A stretch of 64,000 nt of DNA from Candidatus Moraniibacteriota bacterium (GTDB lineage: Bacteria; Patescibacteriota; Minisyncoccia; Moranbacterales; UBA11712), in the NCBI GenBank assembly GCA_030679895.1, contig JAUXSN010000047.1, positions 65,328 to 129,327 on the forward strand. Reading direction: 5' to 3'. Shown here in pieces: positions 29,239 to 37,673 of this stretch. Numbering within the stretch: the stretch's first letter is position 1; every line of letters begins with the position of its first letter. The notes below the pieces were generated by a model, which worked only from the letters and a program-made list of their open reading frames with translations, was not told where the DNA came from and searched no databases. The translations under genes were made by a program, and so were the position numbers.

Positions 29239-30192
29239 TTATTTCAATTTATTTTCAAAAATCTTCCAAATGTTATCGTAAGTCATCTTTTTGATCAGCT
29301 CTTCGCTAACACCGATGCTCGGGAGATAATTTTCGACGAAATCTTTATACAAATAGAGCGAGGGATACCCGGACATATACGGCGGGAACATTTTTTCGCC
29401 GACTTGATGAGGCGCATGATCCGTCTCGATCCAATCTATTTTCCCTTCGAACAAATATTTTCTCAATCCTTCGACTGATTCTTTGCTCCTAAGCGGTGGA
29501 TTCATCTTGTAGAGTAACCCATCAGGCCGCGTAAGCATTTCATCTGTCCATATGACATGATGCGGCGTTACTCCACAGGTTATTTTTATCTCCTTGCGCG
29601 CTTCTTCGATCAATTCCATCGATTCGGGACAAGAAACATGGCACACATGCAGTGTTCCCGAAAATCCGGTTTCTCTCACAAGCTCGATTTGGTCTTCAAC
29701 TGATTCCGCCTCCGCTTCGTTAGGCCGGGATTGGGAATGCGTGAGCGGATTTTTGGGATCCCAGAGATCATTTTTCAAAAAACTTTCTTTTTCACAATGT
29801 ACCGCGATTACACCTTCGTAGTTCAAGCTTTTTAGTATTGCGTAAACTTTCTTTTGGTCTTCTTTTTCCAACACCGTGAGATCGCCCACCGATTTTCCGG
29901 CGAACATTTTGAGGCCGATGACATTTTTATAATTTTCGTAGCACTTCACCGCTTCTCCGAGCTGGCCTTCGTCCGCCGTCACCCCGATCCAGATGTAATA
30001 GTCGCTAATTCTTTTTTTCGGAACAAGCTTCAAGCGCTTTTTGATATCCTTTTCGGTCGTGATCGGCGGATCAGTATTGGGCATATCAAAAATTTTTGTC
30101 ACACCTTGAGCGCTCGCGACTTCCAGCGCGTGTTTGATGGTTTCTTTGTAAGATTGTTTGCCGTCGCGGCAATGGACATGAGGATCGATCAT
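29239..30192 (-). CDS. pyrC: Dihydroorotase-family amidohydrolase
   Basis: IDPHVHCRD, DMPNT, KMNPPLR, TDHAPH. Confidence 0.82.
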   Translation of the reverse strand: MIDPHVHCRDGKQSYKETIKHALEVASAQGVTKIFDMPNTDPPITTEKDIKKRLKLVPKKRISDYYIWIGVTADEGQLGEAVKCYENYKNVIGLKMFAGKSVGDLTVLEKEDQKKVYAILKSLNYEGVIAVHCEKESFLKNDLWDPKNPLTHSQSRPNEAEAESVEDQIELVRETGFSGTLHVCHVSCPESMELIEEARKEIKITCGVTPHHVIWTDEMLTRPDGLLYKMNPPLRSKESVEGLRKYLFEGKIDWIETDHAPHQVGEKMFPPYMSGYPSLYLYKDFVENYLPSIGVSEELIKKMTYDNIWKIFENKLK

Positions 30193-30229
30193 TTTTTTGA
30201 ATTACGAATTATGAAGGATAAATGTTTAT

Positions 30230-30257
30230 TGTCATTCCCGTGAAAGCGGGAATCCAG
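30230..30257. repeat. Short palindromic repeat of the ATTCCC-N8-GGGAAT type
   Basis: GTCATTCCCGTGAAAGCGGGAATCCAG in an intergenic spacer. Confidence 0.65.
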
Positions 30258-30277
30258 ATTTTTAAATTTCATCAAAA

Positions 30278-30667
30278 TTATCTATCGTAAATTTTGTCAT
30301 TTTCGATCGTCTCTCTCATATCTTTCCCAGCCAAAATTTGCTTGAAGGCGATGAATTTTACCACCTCCTCTGTTCGGTTTTCAAAAGTGTGTGAAATATA
30401 TCCCGGTTCGATCACATCACCTGTTTTCACGGTCTGCTCTTTTATTTTTCCGTTTTCTTTCCATCTCGCCACCAGCTCTCCTTCTATAATATATATCGTT
30501 TCCCAGATTTTCGCATGGTGGTGCCATTTCAAAATGGTTTTCGGCTGCTGCTCGTCATACTGAAATTCATATTCCGAAAAACCGTATATCCAGGCTTTGC
30601 GCCCTTCAGGACTGTCAAAAACTTTCGCATATTCGCGTGAAACAATTTTCATAGATTTATTTTTCAT
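30278..30667 (-). CDS. Cupin domain protein
   Basis: WHHHAKIWETIYIIEGE...ISHTFEN. Confidence 0.8.
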   Translation of the reverse strand: MKNKSMKIVSREYAKVFDSPEGRKAWIYGFSEYEFQYDEQQPKTILKWHHHAKIWETIYIIEGELVARWKENGKIKEQTVKTGDVIEPGYISHTFENRTEEVVKFIAFKQILAGKDMRETIENDKIYDR

Positions 30668-31007
30668 TCCAATCAGTCATTTTTCTTTTCGCCTTTTCGG
30701 TCGTGAACCCTTTTGGATAGCGTTCTTCCAATTTCGCTATATTCTCCCCAATCACGTCTTCAATGTCCCAGCCAAAGAAATTGCAAATGGCCGCCATATA
30801 CCAAAAAGTGTCACCAATGTTTTCGCGAATTCCTGAAGTTTGATCATTTCCATGCGCGAAAGTTTTTTTGATGCAGCTTGCCACATCTCCAGCTTCCCCC
30901 GAAATTCCCAGGCCCCAGGTCATTATTTCTTCGTTGGGGTTGTCGAATTTCTTGGAAACAATTTTCACGAATTTTTGATATTCTTCAAGATTAATTTTCT
31001 TTGGCAT
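30657..31007 (-). CDS. MazG-like nucleotide pyrophosphohydrolase
   Basis: GLGISGEAGDV...ENIGDTFWY...NIAKLEERYP. Confidence 0.88.
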   Translation of the reverse strand: MPKKINLEEYQKFVKIVSKKFDNPNEEIMTWGLGISGEAGDVASCIKKTFAHGNDQTSGIRENIGDTFWYMAAICNFFGWDIEDVIGENIAKLEERYPKGFTTEKAKRKMTDWNEK

Positions 31008-31030
31008 ATATTTTAATTAACTTTTTGATG

Positions 31031-31117
31031 CGGAAGCGGGAGGATTCGAACCTCCGGTGCCATTTCTGACACGGCAGTTTTCGAAACTGCTGCTTTCGTC
31101 CACTCAGCCACGCTTCC
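31031..31117 (-). tRNA. tRNA-Ser(CGA)
   Basis: Anticodon arm GCAGT-TT-CGA-AA-ACTGC; long variable arm; G73. Confidence 0.93.
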
Positions 31118-31120
31118 ATT

Positions 31121-31191
31121 TGGACCTGGGGAGAATCGAACTCCCGTCTCAGCAATGCGAATGCTGCGTACTACCACTATACTACAGGCCC
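31121..31191 (-). tRNA. tRNA-Ala(CGC)
   Basis: G3:U70 pair; anticodon arm CAGCA-TT-CGC-AT-TGCTG. Confidence 0.93.
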
Positions 31192-31202
31192 ATAAATAAA
31201 TT

Positions 31203-31496
31203 TTATGTAATTTTCTTCAATCTGTCCGCTTCTTCCTGGAGCAGCTGGCTATCCTCGCCGTATTCTCCCGAATGCATGCTCGATCCTTCATAACTCGTCG
31301 CTTTATGGTCAATATGAATATTGACGTGGAAGCCAAAATCCACAATTCGACAAAAAAGATGAAATCTCGGAAAAGGCTGGTCAGTGAGGCGTCGCACAAA
31401 AGCCATCTCTTCCCCTTCTCTCTTTTGAAAAGCATACCCTGCCCGGCGGAAAAAATTCGCGACGCTTGCAGATGGATTTTCGATGATGAATTTCAT
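31203..31496 (-). CDS. Hypothetical protein
   Basis: 97-aa ORF with FPRFHL and HSGEY motifs. Confidence 0.65.
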   Translation of the reverse strand: MKFIIENPSASVANFFRRAGYAFQKREGEEMAFVRRLTDQPFPRFHLFCRIVDFGFHVNIHIDHKATSYEGSSMHSGEYGEDSQLLQEEADRLKKIT

Positions 31497-31551
31497 ATCA
31501 AATAGTCATTGATGAATGGACATTAAAATACTAGCTAATCTTTCGGATTAT

Positions 31552-31588
31552 GTAAAACTCCGTCCCGCTAAGCGGGACGGAGTTTTAC
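31552..31588. terminator. Intrinsic terminator
   Basis: GTAAAACTCCGTCCCGC-TAA-GCGGGACGGAGTTTTAC. Confidence 0.75.
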
Positions 31589-31613
31589 GAATATGTCAGG
31601 ATTTGAAACTAAC

Positions 31614-31838
31614 CTATTTTCTTTTCTTGGTAATCAAAGCCGCAACAGCCGCGCCAATCGCCGCTCCAATACCGGCCGATATGATCGCCGCTTTTTCCGG
31701 ATTTTTTTTGACGTATTGTTCCACTTTCTTAGCCGCTTTGGCCATTTCAACCTTCGCTTTGGCAAGCTCCTTTTGCGCGAACACTTTCACATTCTTTTTC
31801 ATCGCTTCCACTTTTTTCTTGGCCTCTTTTTTATTCAT
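31614..31838 (-). CDS. DUF883/ElaB-like tail-anchored protein
   Basis: YVKKNPEKAAIISAGIGAAIG C-terminal TM. Confidence 0.7.
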   Translation of the reverse strand: MNKKEAKKKVEAMKKNVKVFAQKELAKAKVEMAKAAKKVEQYVKKNPEKAAIISAGIGAAIGAAVAALITKKRK

Positions 31839-31845
31839 GGTATTT

Positions 31846-32163
31846 TTACTTTTTAATTATTATCAATCCAATGATTAAAGCAAAGAATCCGACCACCGCG
31901 TATCCGATTCCATTGCTGATTTTTACAAAATCGTTAATGAAAATTACAACCGCAATCAAGGCAAAGATAAATCCGATGAAAATCAGAAACATGCCGAGAA
32001 CATGCTTCTGGATGGAAAGGTAAATATTATGAAGCTGGGTTTTGATCCTTTCAACGAATCCGCCGGCTAAATTCTTGGCAAATTCTCCCAAATAGCCTTC
32101 GATTTTTTCCTTCCAGTCTGTTCCGTGACTTTCTAAATTTTCGCTTTGTTTTTTCTCTGTCAT
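31846..32163 (-). CDS. Two-TM membrane protein (YqjE/holin-like)
   Basis: Two C-terminal TM helices; next to the DUF883-like gene. Confidence 0.6.
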   Translation of the reverse strand: MTEKKQSENLESHGTDWKEKIEGYLGEFAKNLAGGFVERIKTQLHNIYLSIQKHVLGMFLIFIGFIFALIAVVIFINDFVKISNGIGYAVVGFFALIIGLIIIKK

Positions 32164-32243
32164 ATATTTATCTTACTTTTATATTATCGCATTTCCTGTT
32201 GTTTCTTGCAAACAACAGGAGAGAGGAAATCTTTATGAAATGG

Positions 32244-32660
32244 CTAATTTACCATATCAAGGGGATTAAAATTTTGCTCTTTCAATTTCAAGAGGGGATA
32301 AAATAATGGCTCCGGAAGTTCGTCCCAAGAAAACCAATCCCATTTCTCCCATTTTTCAGGTTCCATAATTTTGGGCTCACCTGAATCATAATCCGCAACC
32401 ATGTGAATCGTCACTACATGCTTTCCTTCTGTTTCAGGAATATCATTCGTCACCGCTCCGAATCTGATATTTTTTATTTTTATTCCCGCTTCTTCCAGTG
32501 TTTCTCTTTTTGCGCACTTCTCCCAGTTTTCGCCAAATTCAAGCCATCCGCCTGGCGGGCTCCAGGTATTCTTCCCGTGTGAACCGATTCTTTTCCCCAT
32601 CAAGATTTTTCCATTTCGCAAGATGTATACTCCAATGCCCACTCGGACTTGTTTTTCCAT
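32244..32660 (-). CDS. NUDIX hydrolase (MutT/NUDT15-like)
   Basis: Start MEKQVRVG; PGGWLEFGENWEKCAKRETLEEAG; MEPEKWEKWDWF. Confidence 0.92.
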   Translation of the reverse strand: MEKQVRVGIGVYILRNGKILMGKRIGSHGKNTWSPPGGWLEFGENWEKCAKRETLEEAGIKIKNIRFGAVTNDIPETEGKHVVTIHMVADYDSGEPKIMEPEKWEKWDWFSWDELPEPLFYPLLKLKEQNFNPLDMVN

Positions 32661-32674
32661 AAAGTTATTTAAAT

Positions 32675-32861
32675 TGGTCGGGCTGGAGGGAGTCGAACCC
32701 TCTGTTTCACGAACCTTCACCCCGCACCAAAATTCGCTTTCGGGCTGCCGAGAATCGAACTCGGATTACACGAACCCGAATCGTGCGTAATGCCACTATA
32801 CCACAGCCCGATATTTTTGGTGCGGGGCGCGTCGCGCGTGTTGCCGATACACTACAGCCCG
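32675..32861 (-). tRNA. Outer Pro-type tRNA with a 112-nt insertion in the anticodon loop (split tRNA or pseudogene)
   Basis: 5' half CGGGCTG-TA-GTGT-ATCGGCA-ACAC-G-CGCGA (32861-32832); 3' half TCGTG-AAACA-GAGGG-TTCGACT-CCCTC-CAGCCCG-A-CCA (32712-32675). Confidence 0.75.
32740..32810 (-). tRNA. tRNA-Pro(CGG), nested inside the outer tRNA
   Basis: Complete cloverleaf; anticodon arm CACGA-TT-CGG-GT-TCGTG; CCA not encoded. Confidence 0.92.
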
Positions 32862-33479
32862 TTATATTATTTCTTCCGAGACTTTTTTTAGTATTTCCAC
32901 CGCTTTTTGATTATTTCTCAACTTTCCCAAATCGTCAATGATGCCATCCGCTTCTTTTTTGAGGGACAACTGCTTGCAAAGGAATATCTTGATCGTTTTA
33001 TCGGACGGCTTTTTTTCAAAATACTTGGCGACAATAGCGTACCAATGTTCCAGAGTTTCATATGAAACAATCTGATCGCTAAGTTTTATTTTCAAGTTCG
33101 GAGGATTATTCAAAAGGTGGACAAGCTTTTCCCAATTACTATATTTTTCGTAGAGCAATTCATCTTCCAGCAGCCTTGCCGGAAGGCCTCCAAAATCTTC
33201 GGCGTATTTCAGCGAATAAAAATTATATTTATTCAAAATTTCGTTTCTTTTCATATCGCACCATATATGAAATTTCCATCCGGCTTCAAAAGGAGCGAGT
33301 CCGTTGAAGTCCAGATCAAGCGTCTCAAAATTATGGTGCGTCTGGGACCGGGAGATCTCCTTGGACATCCGCCGGATATCCGGAAACAAACTTCCCAAAA
33401 TGAAACTGTCCGCCTCTTTCATCGGATGCCGGTCGAGATATTTTTTTGCGTAAACGATATGCGCGACTTGGGAAGCCAT
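32862..33479 (-). CDS. Zn-dependent phospholipase C / P1-nuclease-like fold protein (putative)
   Basis: N-terminal His (AHIVYA), FILGSLFPDI, THH, GWKFHIWCD. Confidence 0.5.
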   Translation of the reverse strand: MASQVAHIVYAKKYLDRHPMKEADSFILGSLFPDIRRMSKEISRSQTHHNFETLDLDFNGLAPFEAGWKFHIWCDMKRNEILNKYNFYSLKYAEDFGGLPARLLEDELLYEKYSNWEKLVHLLNNPPNLKIKLSDQIVSYETLEHWYAIVAKYFEKKPSDKTIKIFLCKQLSLKKEADGIIDDLGKLRNNQKAVEILKKVSEEII

Positions 33480-33485
33480 AAGCGG

Positions 33486-33594
33486 AAATTTCAAAATCTA
33501 AATTTCAAAAAAAATCCAAATGACTAAATGTCAAAACTTTTTGGATTTCTGATTTTGAGCTTAATTTGGCATTTGAACTTTTGTATTTGAATTT
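33486..33594. repeat. Inverted array of degenerate heptamer repeats
   Basis: AAATTTC/AAATCTA/AAATCCA/AAATGTC units followed by their complements. Confidence 0.6.
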
Positions 33595-33601
33595 CGTTAA
33601 A

Positions 33602-35161
33602 CTATTTCACCCAGTACTTATTTTTTATTTCCTTATCTTCCTCTTCTTTTTTCTCCTCAATTTTTTCTTTCGCCATTTCTCGCAGCTTCGGCAGATTTTC
33701 TTTTGACAATTCTTTCGCTCGCTTCAATAATATATTCTTTTTATTTTCCTCGGGATTTTCGATGACTTCCGAAAGCAAAACGTCCAGGATCGCGCCAAGC
33801 ATCGGACCCGGTTGCAATTTCAGTTCTTTCATCAAATCATTTCCGTTCACTTTGAGCATCTTCACCGAAAGCGGGTCGCTCGAAATTTTGTCGACCATAT
33901 ATTTGAAGTGTCGGAGCTTATACGGAACGGCTTTCGGAACGCCCGAACCAAGCCGGTCGCCGACACGAAGGTCAATCAGGTCGTCAATGTTTTCCAGCCC
34001 CACTTTTCGTACCAACCGGCGCACGCTCGAAGCGCCCACTTCGTCGACGTTATAATAGAACATATGGTTGTCGACAAGCAGCCGGACTTTTTTGATAATT
34101 TCCGAAGAATATTTCAATCTCTTCAAGATTTTCTCGACCACCCGCGCGCCGACGTGGTCATGGTTATAGAATGTTGAGTAGGCGCCTTCGCCTCTTTTGG
34201 TTTCAGGCTTGGCGATATCGTGAAACAAAGTCGCAAGGCGCACTTCCAATTTTTCTGAAGGACAATTCTTGAGAGACAAAATGGAATGTTCATAGATGGT
34301 ATAAATATGATGCCGGTTCTGCCCGACGCCGTATCCCTTTTCGAGTTCGGGAATAATATATTGAAGCAATTTCAATTCGCGCAGCAGTTCAATTCCCTCC
34401 GCCGCAAAGTCCGAAACCAAAATTTTGTTCAGCTCATCCTGAATTCGCTCAAGCGCGATGAATTTCAAATTTTTTGCGTTTTTCGCAATCGCTTTTTTTG
34501 TCTTCTCTTCGATCACAAACGGAATTCTCTCGCTCAATTTTCTCGGCCCCGTGGTTCTTTTGATATTTATATCACCGCCAAGCGTAACCGCAAACCGCAC
34601 CGCCCGCATCATCCGCAAAGCGTCCTCATCAAACCGCTCATTCGCGTCCCCCACCGCACGAATTATTTTATTTTTCAAATCTTCCTGACCGCCGAATAAA
34701 TCGATAATCTCATATCTGGGATTTTTCAAGATCCGACCTTGAGGAATTTCCCGATGAATAGTCGGGGAAGGAAAAGGTCGTACCTTAGAAAAATCTATCC
34801 GCAACGCTAGCGCATTGATCGTGAAATCCCTCCTCGACAAATCTTCTTCCAGCGTCTTCGCAAACTTCACCTCATCCGGCCGCCGCTTGTCCGAATATTT
34901 CGATTCAATACGATATGTCGTCACCTCAACAACACCAACTTCTGATTTCACACCAACGGTGCCGAATGCATTTTCATAAAAACTATCGGGAAACAATTTA
35001 GCAACTTCTTCCGGCTTCGCGTTCGTCGTCACGTCCCAATCCTTCGGTTCAACATCCATGAGAAGATCCCTCACGCACCCGCCCACAACAAAAGCCTCAA
35101 AACCAGCGGCTTCAAGTTTCTGGATAATTTCGATTATGGGTTTTGGAATTTTCTTGATCAT
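33602..35161 (-). CDS. cca: Class II tRNA nucleotidyltransferase (CCA-adding) with HD domain
   Basis: VGGCVRD, DWDVTT, DLSRRDFTINA, RFDEDALRMMRAVRF, LFHDIAKP. Confidence 0.92.
   Translation of the reverse strand: MIKKIPKPIIEIIQKLEAAGFEAFVVGGCVRDLLMDVEPKDWDVTTNAKPEEVAKLFPDSFYENAFGTVGVKSEVGVVEVTTYRIESKYSDKRRPDEVKFAKTLEEDLSRRDFTINALALRIDFSKVRPFPSPTIHREIPQGRILKNPRYEIIDLFGGQEDLKNKIIRAVGDANERFDEDALRMMRAVRFAVTLGGDINIKRTTGPRKLSERIPFVIEEKTKKAIAKNAKNLKFIALERIQDELNKILVSDFAAEGIELLRELKLLQYIIPELEKGYGVGQNRHHIYTIYEHSILSLKNCPSEKLEVRLATLFHDIAKPETKRGEGAYSTFYNHDHVGARVVEKILKRLKYSSEIIKKVRLLVDNHMFYYNVDEVGASSVRRLVRKVGLENIDDLIDLRVGDRLGSGVPKAVPYKLRHFKYMVDKISSDPLSVKMLKVNGNDLMKELKLQPGPMLGAILDVLLSEVIENPEENKKNILLKRAKELSKENLPKLREMAKEKIEEKKEEEDKEIKNKYWVK
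34720..34795. repeat. In-frame REPIN-like insertion within cca
   Basis: Inverted pair GATTTTTCAAGATCCGACCTT / AAGGTCGTACCTTAGAAAAATC around a central CCCGA-N7-TCGGG hairpin. Confidence 0.7.
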
Positions 35162-35186
35162 AAATTTATCCTAGCACGACAAGATT

Positions 35187-35939
35187 TTATTTCAAATTTA
35201 TTTGCTTATCTTCAGCCCATAGCCAATTGATTTCAAATATGCTTTTAAGCGTGCTATATATTTTTTCGCTTTCAATAATAAGCCCAATTTTTTCTTCAAA
35301 GGCTATGACGCCGATTTTATTTTTTCCGTAGAGATTTACCTCGACGCTAAACGGGAACTTTTCTGACGGAATTAGTCTTGTTCTTCGTAAAGATTTTTCG
35401 TCTTCCTCTTTGAAGCGGATGATGCGTGGATCATCGGGAGCCAGCGCCCGAACCCAAATCTTTCTTTTCACGCGCTCTGGCACATAGTAATCATACAAAA
35501 ATTTCTCGTCGAATGATTCGATATATTTTTCCGAAATCCAGGCCAGCAATTCCTGATCTGGATAATTGAGAGTATCCATGTAGACATCTTTCAAGCCGCC
35601 TAGTCCTTCGTAAAATTTTATCTTGGGCTTTTTGTCGATGAAATTTGAAATCGACAAAAGTTCCGGCAAAATACTTTTGAGCGAAAGCATCTTTTCATTC
35701 AGCTCCTGCTCAAGTTTTCTTGGATCTTCAGCGAGATAGAGCGTGCTTTGCTTTTTAACGGTCGAACTGACGAGTCCTTTTTCTTTGAGCGTTTCAATTG
35801 CATTATACACAGTCGTTCGTTTCACGCCCGATTTCTTGGAGATTTTGGCGATATTCGCTTCACCAACCTCAAGAAGGCTCAAATACACTTGAGCTTCTTT
35901 ATCATCCAGTCCTAGGTTTTCGAGTTCTTTTTCGAGCAT
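35187..35939 (-). CDS. TrmB-family transcriptional regulator
   Basis: LGLDDKEAQVYLSLL...RTTVYNAIETLKEKGLV, KFYEG. Confidence 0.9.
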   Translation of the reverse strand: MLEKELENLGLDDKEAQVYLSLLEVGEANIAKISKKSGVKRTTVYNAIETLKEKGLVSSTVKKQSTLYLAEDPRKLEQELNEKMLSLKSILPELLSISNFIDKKPKIKFYEGLGGLKDVYMDTLNYPDQELLAWISEKYIESFDEKFLYDYYVPERVKRKIWVRALAPDDPRIIRFKEEDEKSLRRTRLIPSEKFPFSVEVNLYGKNKIGVIAFEEKIGLIIESEKIYSTLKSIFEINWLWAEDKQINLK

Positions 35940-36137
35940 AATGACGTCTTTTTGGTCATCATTTATAGTATATTATATAAGCCTTTAATTGTCAATATTG
36001 CAAATATTATGACTTTTCTATGGACATATTATCAATTTTGATATATAATACCCTGTTAAGCTGAAATTGGATTCCAGTAAAAGCTTGACGCAGAACCTTA
36101 AAAATCACGCTCGATCGAGCGCAAAAGGAGAAAAATA

Positions 36138-36842
36138 ATGAATATTGAAGAAATCTTAGGCACTATTGAGGAAGTTTCGGTCAGTGATCGCGTAAAATTC
36201 TTTCGTAAGATTCGGGACCTTAACCTCAACCCGGACAAGCCCGGAAAAGTTCTTGAGGAGATGATGCAGGAAATCCCTGACAAAATAACTGAGCTAATCC
36301 GGAAAACTTCTTTCGCTCCGATAGCATTGATTGGCCGCGGACGGGCATTCGACCACGAGCTGGAAAATTTCCTCTTTTGCTTCGAAGAGGCGAATGTTTA
36401 CCTGTATCCCACTGTTACTAAGGCGCTCTGGGACAAGCTACTAAATGAAACACCAGAGCGCAATCTTTACGGGCTGAAGTTTATTGCTCGCTATATCGAA
36501 ACGCATCCCGATTGGGAAAAGTTCGCCCGTTTTATCTTCAATGATCTGTTTGACGGCCCTCGCCGGAACTGGGAAAGCCAAGATGCTGTTCTTAAAGGAC
36601 TTGTATCCGTGAATGGCCTCTGGCCTCGTGCCATCATCCAAGCCATCGAGGAATTGCCGAATACGTCGAAACTCAGATGCTTAACACGGACAATCAGCGA
36701 AGAAGAGAAGGCGCGTCGTATCGTTGACCTTCAAGGAGAATGCGAAGAAATTGAGCGCCACGGGCTCGACTCCGGGAAAGAACTCTCCGTGGAGCAATCT
36801 CACATGGTAATCAACGAGATTAACAAATTGTTCTTTGGTTAG
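36138..36842 (+). CDS. Hypothetical protein
   Basis: 234 aa, AAGGAG SD, followed by a terminator hairpin at 36854-36881. Confidence 0.7.
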   Translation: MNIEEILGTIEEVSVSDRVKFFRKIRDLNLNPDKPGKVLEEMMQEIPDKITELIRKTSFAPIALIGRGRAFDHELENFLFCFEEANVYLYPTVTKALWDKLLNETPERNLYGLKFIARYIETHPDWEKFARFIFNDLFDGPRRNWESQDAVLKGLVSVNGLWPRAIIQAIEELPNTSKLRCLTRTISEEEKARRIVDLQGECEEIERHGLDSGKELSVEQSHMVINEINKLFFG

Positions 36843-36888
36843 CCACTCTTTAGGGAAGTGTTTAATACAGCACTTCCTTTTTTCTTTT

Positions 36889-36925
36889 CACCTCACCCTA
36901 ACCCTCTCCTTAAAAAAGGAGAGGA
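36889..36925. repeat. CCTCACCCTAACCCTCTCC...GGAGAGG hairpin repeat
   Basis: CCTCTCC-TTAAAAAA-GGAGAGG stem preceded by CCTCACCCTAAC. Confidence 0.55.
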
Positions 36926-37112
36926 AATTTTTTATTGAAGAAGATTCGCGATCAGCGCAATATTTTTACCAACTATCCGGAATTTCCGGATAACTGAAAA
37001 TATATTTTGCATCAGTTCAATTATGCAATTAATGCATACCGCTTTCCTACTTCTGAAAATTTCGAAATGAAAAAAGAGCCCAGTGGGCTCATATTATTAT
37101 CAAAAAAATATT

Positions 37113-37673
37113 TTATTTTGTTTTGTTCAGAACAAAGTTCAGAAATTTTTCCGTCGCCTGAATCTTCGCCCATCTTTTGATGTATTTCCAATCAAGTTTT
37201 TTTTGAATCGCGATTATTGATTCAATATCCTCCAATTGGCGCGTGGACTTTGTCTTCTCATACCACTGCAATTTTATGAGAACAAGATCCTCAGGTGAAC
37301 AAAAATACAATTTTTTTCCGGCGATTATTTTTGGAATTCTCCTCTTGATGCGAGATTTGTCAAACAGTTCATCTTTGAGTATCCAGAAATCCACTTTCAC
37401 CCCGCTCGACGGATGGATGAAATTAAATTCCCCGCCTCTGGCGAGCGCGTCTTGAATCATTTTCTTGTCCACATATGAATCCTTGTCAATTTTTCGCAGC
37501 TCCTCAAAAATTTCATCCAACTTTTGAGGGACGAGTTCGATAACAATATCAATATCCGCTGTGAATCTGGGCCTGCCCCAAACAACCACGGCAATACCGC
37601 CGGTTATAATATAAGGGATTTTGAGTTTATTTAGCGTATTTCCTATGCGAAACAGCAGTTCTTCTTGTTCCAT
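37113..37673 (-). CDS. Pol-beta-superfamily nucleotidyltransferase (AbiEii/DUF6036-like)
   Basis: ITGGIAVVVWGRPRFTADIDIV; PEDLVLIKL. Confidence 0.75.
   Translation of the reverse strand: MEQEELLFRIGNTLNKLKIPYIITGGIAVVVWGRPRFTADIDIVIELVPQKLDEIFEELRKIDKDSYVDKKMIQDALARGGEFNFIHPSSGVKVDFWILKDELFDKSRIKRRIPKIIAGKKLYFCSPEDLVLIKLQWYEKTKSTRQLEDIESIIAIQKKLDWKYIKRWAKIQATEKFLNFVLNKTK

Noticed and set aside
30629-30644. Additional parS site in the cupin gene
   Set aside because: Four mismatches to the consensus and isolated.
32661-32720. N-terminal extension of the NUDIX ORF (likewise the ORF-track starts at 40004, 40463 and 52048)
   Set aside because: These extensions run through tRNA genes; downstream ATGs fit the protein families.
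32713-32831. Group I intron or archaeal BHB intron explaining the outer tRNA insert
   Set aside because: No P7 core, no U at a plausible 5' splice site, and no 3-4-3 bulge-helix-bulge could be drawn.
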